A DNA stretch of 64,000 nucleotides, from positions 558,001 through 622,000 of the forward strand of contig OZ025790.1 in NCBI GenBank assembly GCA_964019425.1, in the 5' to 3' direction. Below are positions 38,369 through 46,961 of this stretch, one piece after another (the stretch's first letter is position 1; the number at the start of each line of letters is the position of its first letter). A model generated the notes under the pieces. It was not told where the DNA came from and did no database searches. It saw nothing but the letters and a program-made list of their open reading frames with translations. The stretch comes from Flectonema sp. DT1601. Its lineage: Eukaryota. The position numbers were made by a program, and so were the translations under genes.

Positions 38369-41300
38369 ATGGAAATTCCGTCCCTTCCGGTTCGTTTGAT
38401 TGGCTGTTCAGGTAGTGGAGGACACGCAGGACATGGAAGGAAACCAAATGGAAAAGAACGAAGAGAGCTTAGGGATAATAATTACTACCAGCCATACTCT
38501 AGTTCAAGACCAGGGAGTGCATTGTGTTCTATCAAGTCGAATGGAAAGATAGGATCATCACAAAGACCGAGATCTGCAGCTTCTACTCACACATCAAAAC
38601 AATTAATGAAAACATTTAAAAGTGTCGCAGCATATGAAGAAATGTTAACTCAGAGAATGCAGGCAGAACTATTCAAACGCCAAACTCGCTGGAGCTCCGA
38701 ACGAGAAGTCTTCAATCGAATTCAAAGCGAAGAGGAATACGTCAGACGTGCTAAAGTTGACAAACGACTTCGCATCAGAAGAGAAATCGTAACTCTAAAA
38801 CATCAAATTATTTTCGAAAGGGAACAACATGAAGACGCCGAATGGCACGAACGAAGTAACATAGATTCCTCCTGTTCATTTACACTAAAAGAGATATTAT
38901 TACAATGCAAGGGAGGCGCTCGTAAGATTTCTGTAAAAGAAACAATGGTAGCGCACCAAATGCAGCAATCGTTCGAAAGGCTGGAGATCTCTGTAGAGGA
39001 GCTATCTTCACGTGAGGTATCATCAAGAAGGACTTTAATAAGAATAAACTTACTGGAATTAACACAAGTAGGTGAAGCGGAACGAGCAGTTACTATGGCA
39101 CTGCAGAGAGAGGCAGAAATCGCCCGTCGATTCCGCGCTGAGCGCGAACATCAAATGAACCGCCTCCTGAATGGAGAGACGTCTGAAAGGGAAAGTGCTA
39201 CTTCTGGTGAGATATGGGAATTCATTCAAATTGAAAAGGAACACGCAGCCTGGCAAGAAGCTATGCGACTCGAAGAAGAGCGCAGACGAGAGTCTTTCAG
39301 ACAGATGCTTCAGGAGCAGGACGCAGTTTTTACTAAAGAGAGATTGTCTATGGTCACTCTGGAGTCTCAGAAGCGACCCGACATCAGAGTGCAAGAGGCG
39401 GAGGAAAGGTTAGACTTATCTCGTGCAGAGGTTGAATCAAAACAACAAACCTTATTGAGTGAAGAAGAGAGAAGGACTCGAGAAACAGCAGCACTCCGTG
39501 AGCAACAAGAAGCAGAGCGTCAGCCGATTATCAGATCAGAAACTGATGACAGAATGACACTTGTTGATGAGGTTTATGGAGGACTACAAAGTCTGTGGTC
39601 AAAGTACCAAAAAGGTTCATTAGAAATAATGAAACCAATTACACTCCGATCTCGATCCTTCTCTCCGTTTTTAGACGGCAATGACGATGTCCGTATTGCC
39701 GCTGGCGCCGTCTTTGAGATGAAGAGGAAGTTCAATCCTTACATTTCTTCAAAGTTGGTGAAGCTGACGATTGACGTCGGAATTGTCGACGGGTACTGTG
39801 AAGGTGATAATTTGATGATTCTCGCCAATTCAAGCATTATTAGAACAACAGGGTACTCATTAATTAGAATAGTCGGAGGGACATTTACTGCTATCCGTCA
39901 GATTGCATTCATTAAGGGAAGATCTTCAACAGCTGGACCATTTCCTGATCCCATTTCAATTGAAGAGGGTTGTGTCCCTTTTACTCACACAGACGGATCT
40001 TTAGATTCTGAAAATAACCGCTGGTTGAGAATTGAACTTAACTTTCCAAAGGACAGAGATCCCTTCAAAGACACCGAGTGGCTACTTCGTCAGATTAGAT
40101 TTAAGAAGCCTCGTAAAGAGTGGAATCCACAAGTAGAAGACGCTACCAAAAGAACCATAGTAATTAGAGTAGTCGCTGCCTTAACTCCAAATGCAGCTGA
40201 CATCAGCAGAGGTAAACGGTTGGTTTCTTGTACTGTTGCTCACGAGATCTCAATTGAACCACTGCCTCCGATATTCTTTTTGAATACCACCAGTAGACAT
40301 ATTCGTTACGAACTTAGTAAGGAGCGAGTTCGAGAAGGTAAACGTACTGCAATGAAAGTAATGCCAACCCTGTTATCATATCACCCTGAGAGGAGTGCTT
40401 CTCATGGTATTCTGACAGTAGAAATAACAGAACCAGATGTTGAAGGAGATCAATTACTTCTCAGAGGTCATGATTTAGATATTAAACATATTCAAGGAAG
40501 ACACAGAAGGACAATAATTCAAAAACAAGGACAGGAGTTGGCCGAATTCATAGTCGGCACACTCGATCCGAATTCAGAGCAACGCTGCTCTTTCATAAAA
40601 TTAAAATTCGCTCCTGAGGTGAGTCAGTGGAAAGTTGGAGAAGTAATACGCTCGTTGCGTTACTCTTCTCAGGCACAACAACCGCATCGTCTTCGGAGGA
40701 GGATAAAAGTTCAGTTTACGGAAGCAGTTCCACCCTGGTGTTCTGCTACAGCTGTTTGTTTTATTAATTTACAGTATCCCGAAGATATTGGTCCTTGTTA
40801 TATTCATCTTTCTCAAGGGATTTCTCACTGTATAGTTTGGAGGGCTTCAGCCTCCCAAAGTGACACCCCTTATTCAAAATACGTTGAACCTGTTATAACA
40901 CCAATAGCCCCTGAGGGAGTGATTCAGAACCAGCATTCTTTAGGGTGTCCAGAAGTAGGAGCGACGCTGTTCAAGGGTGGGACATTAAGTTTTCGTATCG
41001 AGCAGGGCGTTCAGAGTGGTGACACACTTTTACTTCAGCCAAAGGCGGGAGTCATCGCAACTGAAGTAATTGAAAGTAATTCTTCTCAACAAACAGTCTC
41101 TGTGAGGGGAAGAACTATCGCGAGAATGGTAAGTGAAGTTGGTGGTGCTCACGGCAGTGGAACTTACGAAGGTGCTACGAGTGTCGCTTGGCTTCGAATT
41201 GAATTCACTCAACAGGTAGCAGAGATTGAGATCTGTTCCATAGTTCAGTCGATTTGTTTCACAAATAATGGACCTACTCACGCCGGAGTCAGATGGATAA

Positions 41301-44300
41301 CTGCAACTTTCGTAGCTTGCGACCCGCTAATGCCGTCTGCTCCCACTGCCAAGTCTAGAGTGGGTGTGCGGGTGTGCCTTCCGATAATGACGACACCTTC
41401 CAGATTCTGTTCTCAAAAATACATAGAGAATGAGGGAAGGCGTCGGTTTGGGCAGTTCGAGCTACCAGAACCTGTCTTTAAAGATGATGACATTATTGCT
41501 GTGTTTGACGGTGGTAGTGTGACTGTTGAGATTATGGAAGGCATTGATCCAGAAGATTGCCTCGGTCTCTGTGAAACGATGGGAAAAGACTACGAAATTA
41601 TACCTCTCAAACAAGAAGGTCTCAATACAGTTGTGTTACAAGGAGCTAATAAACACTTTGCTATTTATACTCCGCATCAAGTTGGCACTGCTGGATTTTC
41701 CATTCGGTTGGGCAGGGCTGCTGATCGCCGCAAAACTGTTGACACGTCTCTGAAGAAGGCTCACGCTTGTAGAGTTCGAAAGAAAGAACTCCTCCTCCTG
41801 CTTCGCAATATTTTCTTCTGCAACGAGAGTGATGACCCGACCACATTAAAAAAGGTCCTCCGAACTACGGTGACCGACTCTTTTGGAGCCTCATCTCAAG
41901 TAATTGTTGAACTAAGCATTCAACCAATTAATGATAAAACACAAGTTGTTCTTCCCACGACCAAATTGGCATACAGACAGGGATCGCGGAAAGACTATCG
42001 CGGATTTCAACTTTGTGCTGGTTGTGAACTTGTTGATCCGGATACGGCAGAATTGAGAGAGGGATTCATGTCAGTGGAGTTATTTGGTGGGGGAGGGAAG
42101 AATGACCGACTTGGCATCATGACTCCAGAACAACAACAGCAACTGAACGAATCGAATGACACTCAGAGTGCGATTGTTGAGTTGCTTCCGACCGATTCAA
42201 ATTCCAGTGAAGTTTTGATTGGCGGGCACTCTGTTGGATCTGTTGAATTCAAAGGTGGGCAGCGAGGAGCAGGTTCGCTCCACTTCTCAATCGCACTCGA
42301 ATCAAAATGGCCGGGTTGGGATAAACTTCCCAACACCCTAACCGCTCATTCAAGCAGTTGGTCACCTTCAAAAGATGGATCTCGAACACCTAAACATCGA
42401 ATAAGTAGCGTCTCTTCTCAAAGTGGTGGCCGCAGGTTCAGCCTCAGTGATAGCCCCAGAAGAAACCCATTAATGATTGTGACCAAAGAAGCGATTGGTG
42501 TTTGGGGACCACCAAAGCTCATTAAAATACTACCGAGGCAATCATCAGATCACATGGAAGCACCAGTCAATAAAAATGCGAGGAGAGCATCTCGCATGAG
42601 ATCTCAGTCAAGAGGCAAGAGGGGTTCCATATCGGCAGAAGCCCCGCCTGTCAAGTACGGATTACCATTGGAAGCTGCGTCTTGTCTTCTGAGGACAGTT
42701 ATCTATTGCAATACTTCTTCGGGAACTCTTTTAAAGAGTGGTCCGCGTACTTATTTACTTAAGGTGAATGCGGGCGACGACGTCGGTGATACGAAGGTCA
42801 AAATAACTGTTGATGCGTCTCCTCCATTGGTGAGCATTCCGGCGGCAATTCCTGCAGTTTTTAAGTATCTCGAAGGCAGTGATTTCCAGTCGGTTTGCAG
42901 CAAAGTTGTTATTGGATTGTCTCCCAAAATCGCCTTTAGAAGGGGATGGTTGTCTCTGTCATTTGTCGGAGGGTTTATTGCTGACGAAGATCAGCTTTCC
43001 TTTCAAGATCCTTCTGGTGAGTATTACATTACTTGGGCGAAAGACAAACCAGGGCAGGGACAGATCTTTGTGGATTCGCGACTTGAAAAGAGAGTTTTAA
43101 CATCTGGGAATCAAAATTCGTACTTACTTGGCAGCATAACAGAGACTGTGCAGGAGATCACAGTGCAATTTGAGAATAATTGTGTTACCACTGGCAAGCA
43201 TGTTTCTCATTTGTTAAAATGTCTATGCTATCGAAATGTCTCATTGACACCAACATCGTGGGTCACTCGAAGGATGGATTTACAAGTTTTATGGGGAAGT
43301 CCAGACCTCCCTCTGGAGAAGTCTGGAAAAGTAGAAATAGATTCACCAAACTACGATCATTGCTCTCTCTCTCTCGGTATCGAAGTAGAACCTTTTGACA
43401 ATCCGACGGAGGTTATTCTTCCAATAACGCAGTTGCATTTTACTGCTGGTGTTACAGGGTATGAGCCTGTGCCATTATTTATCGCCCCTGGTGCTGAAGC
43501 ACGGGATCCGGACACTCCAATATTCCTCCCGTCATCAGAAGTTAGTGTTGAGGTACTCGGAGGGTCACGAAATGATGTTTTGGATCTCTCACCTACTCCA
43601 CCTCACTCGGAAATTGACAACATGAACATCACAAATGGCGCTGTTGTGTTGTCTCAATCTCGTGTAGCAACTATTCGGAGAGTTGTACATCAGCCATTCA
43701 AACTTTGGCTCGATCTTCACAACTGTCCTGTCGAAGCTATTGCACCAATGCTTCGTAGGCTCGTTTACCGTCATTTGGGCGCCCCGAAGCGCATCTTCAA
43801 AAAGAACATACAAATCTCTGTAAAGACCGCTTCTGGGTCATATGAGCAATCCATCCCCACAAGAGTTAAGATGTTTGTAAATGTCATTCCTTCACCAATT
43901 GAATATATGTCGCAACCGGTGCTAGTGCAAAGAGGAAAGCTTCCATTGATTTTGCTTCCGTCCAGTACAAAAGTAAACAGCATTTCTGGAGTGGAATTTA
44001 AATTTGAAGTTATTCGATTAAGTGCGACCACTCGACGATCGAACCACATCACTGCAACTACTTCGGGAGAGGAGGCTGCAGTTCCGAGAGCCTTTTGGCT
44101 TCCTTTTGAGAGTTTGGAGTGGCTTCCTAGTCTGCGGGCACCAATCCAGTCGGACTGCTTAAGGTTAGGGCAACTTCCACCTGAGTACACCGTTAAAGTC
44201 GTAGCTACTGAGGGATCGGATAAAAATGGTCCACCTACTGCTGTCGAAATATTTGTTAAGGAGGGCAAACTTGGAACCGTAAGTACCCCTCGCAAAGATA

Positions 44301-44632
44301 TGTATCGGCTCAATGGCGATCGGTACACAGTTTCTCATGAGCTGACCTTGTCGCTGTCATCCCGCACGGTTTTGTCAGGTCGGACTGTTATTCCTGTCCT
44401 ACGAGCAATAGCCTACAGCTGTGACGGCTGTTTTGTTGACAAAGCCACACGCGATGCCCAAAAAAATACAAAACGAAGGGCCTCCGTCTCGTTCGATGAT
44501 GTGGATGTACCATCGCCTGAGGGATCTCCAGAAGTAATAGTCAGAATGACTACTAAAATCCCAGTTCCTAAACCACAACAATTTTTAGTTCTTGTAGACC
44601 ATAAAATTGTAAGACCCCACCCTGATACTTAA
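38369..44632 (+). CDS. About 2087-aa protein: N-terminal coiled coil plus about 8 cadherin-like/adhesin-type beta repeats
   Basis: Uninterrupted ORF with an E/R/Q-rich N-terminal region; repeated (G/E/N)D.L.(L/I) ... LR.(I/L).(Y/F).N motifs; INDK, FDNP and DPDT motifs. Confidence 0.85.
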   Translation: MEIPSLPVRLIGCSGSGGHAGHGRKPNGKERRELRDNNYYQPYSSSRPGSALCSIKSNGKIGSSQRPRSAASTHTSKQLMKTFKSVAAYEEMLTQRMQAELFKRQTRWSSEREVFNRIQSEEEYVRRAKVDKRLRIRREIVTLKHQIIFEREQHEDAEWHERSNIDSSCSFTLKEILLQCKGGARKISVKETMVAHQMQQSFERLEISVEELSSREVSSRRTLIRINLLELTQVGEAERAVTMALQREAEIARRFRAEREHQMNRLLNGETSERESATSGEIWEFIQIEKEHAAWQEAMRLEEERRRESFRQMLQEQDAVFTKERLSMVTLESQKRPDIRVQEAEERLDLSRAEVESKQQTLLSEEERRTRETAALREQQEAERQPIIRSETDDRMTLVDEVYGGLQSLWSKYQKGSLEIMKPITLRSRSFSPFLDGNDDVRIAAGAVFEMKRKFNPYISSKLVKLTIDVGIVDGYCEGDNLMILANSSIIRTTGYSLIRIVGGTFTAIRQIAFIKGRSSTAGPFPDPISIEEGCVPFTHTDGSLDSENNRWLRIELNFPKDRDPFKDTEWLLRQIRFKKPRKEWNPQVEDATKRTIVIRVVAALTPNAADISRGKRLVSCTVAHEISIEPLPPIFFLNTTSRHIRYELSKERVREGKRTAMKVMPTLLSYHPERSASHGILTVEITEPDVEGDQLLLRGHDLDIKHIQGRHRRTIIQKQGQELAEFIVGTLDPNSEQRCSFIKLKFAPEVSQWKVGEVIRSLRYSSQAQQPHRLRRRIKVQFTEAVPPWCSATAVCFINLQYPEDIGPCYIHLSQGISHCIVWRASASQSDTPYSKYVEPVITPIAPEGVIQNQHSLGCPEVGATLFKGGTLSFRIEQGVQSGDTLLLQPKAGVIATEVIESNSSQQTVSVRGRTIARMVSEVGGAHGSGTYEGATSVAWLRIEFTQQVAEIEICSIVQSICFTNNGPTHAGVRWITATFVACDPLMPSAPTAKSRVGVRVCLPIMTTPSRFCSQKYIENEGRRRFGQFELPEPVFKDDDIIAVFDGGSVTVEIMEGIDPEDCLGLCETMGKDYEIIPLKQEGLNTVVLQGANKHFAIYTPHQVGTAGFSIRLGRAADRRKTVDTSLKKAHACRVRKKELLLLLRNIFFCNESDDPTTLKKVLRTTVTDSFGASSQVIVELSIQPINDKTQVVLPTTKLAYRQGSRKDYRGFQLCAGCELVDPDTAELREGFMSVELFGGGGKNDRLGIMTPEQQQQLNESNDTQSAIVELLPTDSNSSEVLIGGHSVGSVEFKGGQRGAGSLHFSIALESKWPGWDKLPNTLTAHSSSWSPSKDGSRTPKHRISSVSSQSGGRRFSLSDSPRRNPLMIVTKEAIGVWGPPKLIKILPRQSSDHMEAPVNKNARRASRMRSQSRGKRGSISAEAPPVKYGLPLEAASCLLRTVIYCNTSSGTLLKSGPRTYLLKVNAGDDVGDTKVKITVDASPPLVSIPAAIPAVFKYLEGSDFQSVCSKVVIGLSPKIAFRRGWLSLSFVGGFIADEDQLSFQDPSGEYYITWAKDKPGQGQIFVDSRLEKRVLTSGNQNSYLLGSITETVQEITVQFENNCVTTGKHVSHLLKCLCYRNVSLTPTSWVTRRMDLQVLWGSPDLPLEKSGKVEIDSPNYDHCSLSLGIEVEPFDNPTEVILPITQLHFTAGVTGYEPVPLFIAPGAEARDPDTPIFLPSSEVSVEVLGGSRNDVLDLSPTPPHSEIDNMNITNGAVVLSQSRVATIRRVVHQPFKLWLDLHNCPVEAIAPMLRRLVYRHLGAPKRIFKKNIQISVKTASGSYEQSIPTRVKMFVNVIPSPIEYMSQPVLVQRGKLPLILLPSSTKVNSISGVEFKFEVIRLSATTRRSNHITATTSGEEAAVPRAFWLPFESLEWLPSLRAPIQSDCLRLGQLPPEYTVKVVATEGSDKNGPPTAVEIFVKEGKLGTVSTPRKDMYRLNGDRYTVSHELTLSLSSRTVLSGRTVIPVLRAIAYSCDGCFVDKATRDAQKNTKRRASVSFDDVDVPSPEGSPEVIVRMTTKIPVPKPQQFLVLVDHKIVRPHPDT

Positions 44633-44939
44633 TCTTGAATTGGCACCTTAATATTTTTAACCACATTTACATTATTTAGTAAAGGCTTTTCAGCCAAATC
44701 ATTTAGGAGATACAAGTTTGTTTTTTAATTATTGCCTTAACAGGATAATGACTACACAAGAACAAGACGCGCAAACACCTACGTCGGTGTCGTGAAAGGG
44801 GGACCCTCAAAAGTATTTGCTCTGCGAAGATCCAAGAAGTGCCAAGAACGACGAAGAACTGACGGAGGTTCAAGAACTCGATGCGAAGCAGAGGTGCAAG
44901 CTGAAATAAAACGGTCTCTTAAGAAAAACAGTTTAAAAT

Positions 44940-45021
44940 CGCAGTCGGCAGGATTTGAACCTGCGCGGGCAGAGCCCAATGGATTTCTAGTCCAACCCCG
45001 TAACCGCTTGGGTACGACTGC
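44940..45021 (-). tRNA. tRNA-Ser (anticodon AGA)
   Basis: Reverse complement GCAGTCG TACCCAAGCGGTTACGGGG TTGGA-CT-AGA-AA-TCCAT TGGGCTCTGCCCGC GCAGG-TTCAAAT-CCTGC CGACTGC G: acceptor stem, long variable arm and T-loop, followed by a TTTT terminator. Confidence 0.95.
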
Positions 45022-45054
45022 TCATAACCGCATAAACTTATTTTAAAAAGCATA

Positions 45055-45109
45055 AACGATTCTAAAGCTACTTTCTGTACTTTATTGACATACACAACAC
45101 AAAATGGCT
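45055..45109 (+). other. Genomic copy of a trans-spliced mRNA 5' end: spliced leader (45055-45087) + 5' UTR + ATG
   Basis: AACGATTCTAAAGCTACTTTCTGTACTTTATTG closely matches the euglenozoan/diplonemid SL exon (ending TTTCTGTACTTTATTG). It is followed by ACATACACAACACAAA-ATG rather than the GT donor of an SL RNA gene. Confidence 0.85.
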
Positions 45110-46961
45110 GACCCGGACTACACGGATTTGCCTATGCGGTTGGACGAAAAGTTCACAAGACGAATACCGTGCGGTATCTGGGTGTACATTACGACGAGAA
45201 GTTAACCTTTAAGTCGCAAATTCAAAAGATGATGACAGCTGCTTCCAAGGGTCTAGGCTTGTTGGTTAGACTCACTAGGATAGGCTGCAGAAAGAGGACA
45301 CTCATTAGTATACTAGTGACGGTGGTGTTAGCAAGGGTGCTTTATGGTGTTGAAAGCTTTGCTTGGATGTTACCAAAAGAGTGCTTCGAACAACTGGAAT
45401 TACTGGTAAACAGGGCAGTGAGGCTGGTAACTGGATGTCTGCGGAGCACCAAACTACAGAGACTATACAAAGAAGCCGACACGCCAAGACTGAAGGAACA
45501 CATCCAGTATAAGATGTGTAGAACTTACGAACGTTTCAAATTAAGTCCGTTCTTACCGACTCGCAAGCTGACGAGAACAGGGAGTTCAGAATTATTTCAA
45601 AAATCAAAATGGGGATGGAATGTCTGGATAGACTATGTCTCTGGTGTCCCTGGCCTTGACAATTACCGGAGCATTACCAACCTGGAAGTGAACCCAGAAC
45701 ACTACACTCTCCCTCCATGGAAAAGTACTAGTGCGATGAGATTCACATATTCAAGTAACAAGGAAGAGGCTGAACAGCGAGAAGCTGAACTACCAACTCA
45801 CGAGATGAAAGTCTACACTGACGGGTCGATAAGACACAAATCCGAGACTTACATGACAGACTCGGCTGCCGCTGTGGTCATAGTAAAAGAAAGCAAGATG
45901 CGTCTACTTGGATATAAAATACCAGTAGCGGGTTCCTCTTATAGGACCGAGCAGATTGCAGTAAAACTGGCGTTGGAAAATTTAGTTCAGGTGGCGGAGG
46001 ATGAACATGAATCTCTAACAACAACGACGCACCTGTTGACTGATTCGATGTCAGTCATGCAGGCATTGGAACAAGGGCCATATAAACAAAGGTCCCCAAT
46101 GAACAAAAAGATCTGGAAGTTGGCAATGAAACTGGAGAAGAAGGGAATCCAAGTCAACATGCAGTATGTACCGGCACACAGAAACGTGCGGTACAACGAA
46201 GTAGCGGACCAACTGGCGAAATTCGCTGCAGGCCTGAAGGAAGATCCACCTCACGAAGATGTTATTATTAAACAACTGCCCACTCAACTTGACATGGGAA
46301 CATTGATGACGTTTCACAAGCGGAGAAAACGGGAGAACTGGATCGGACCGGGAGAGGTAAGACACCCTCCGTACATCGAAGCTCTAACACGACCAGAGGA
46401 AGTACTGATGTCACGCTTTAGAGTGGGACATTGCAGAACTCTGATAATCAAAGGACTGAACGAGCTGTGCTTTTTCTGTAAACTTGGAAAGGCGACACAT
46501 CATGTATTATTTATATGCGAACATTGGTGTATAGAAACCTTGAGAGAAAAATACATCAGTCACATGATGAATGACAAGGGAGAGGAAGCATGCCAACTGG
46601 AGGACTGCTACTTACCTGCGAATCAACAGCAGATGACTGGTTTTGTCACAACCTTAGACAGACTGGCACAACTATTAGGACGGTAGTATTATTAAAACAT
46701 CGACATTTCGAATATCAACATTGAAGGCATCATTGCAACACATCTGAAGTCGTCCAAGTGGACAATTTATTCTGTAGTATTAGTTTTAAGTTATCAAAAC
46801 AAAGAAAGGAGATACGAAGCCTACGGGATTCCCACCCAACCCCCAAAACAAAGAAAGTAAGAAAGAAAGAAAGAAAAAGAACAACCGCGCCTAACAGCGC
46901 AATCAGCATCACAGACTCACGGGTCGTGATGCACTCAAAAAAAAAAAAAAAAAAAAAAAAA
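45110..46961 (+). mobile_element. 5'-truncated non-LTR retrotransposon, family A (RNase H-containing, Ingi/I-like), copy 1
   Basis: Intact ORF 45169-46686: RT C-terminus (RYLGVHYD), RNase H (VYTDGS, TEQIAV, LTDSMS, VPAH...NEVADQLA) and Cys/His motif (CFFC...HVLFIC). A 3' hairpin GCATCAC...GTGATGC precedes a 25-nt poly(A) at 46937-46961. Confidence 0.93.

Noticed and set aside
45022..45054. Target-site duplications for the LINE stack
   Set aside because: Only short matches were found (AAAAAGC after copy 3; ATAACCG before copy 3). They are too short and A-rich to call.
45055..45087. SL RNA gene, or a CRE/SLACS-type insertion into an SL gene
   Set aside because: The SL exon is not followed by a GT donor or SL intron. 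The adjacent family A element is of the APE/RNase H type (APE seen in copy 3), not the restriction-like endonuclease type of CRE/SLACS.
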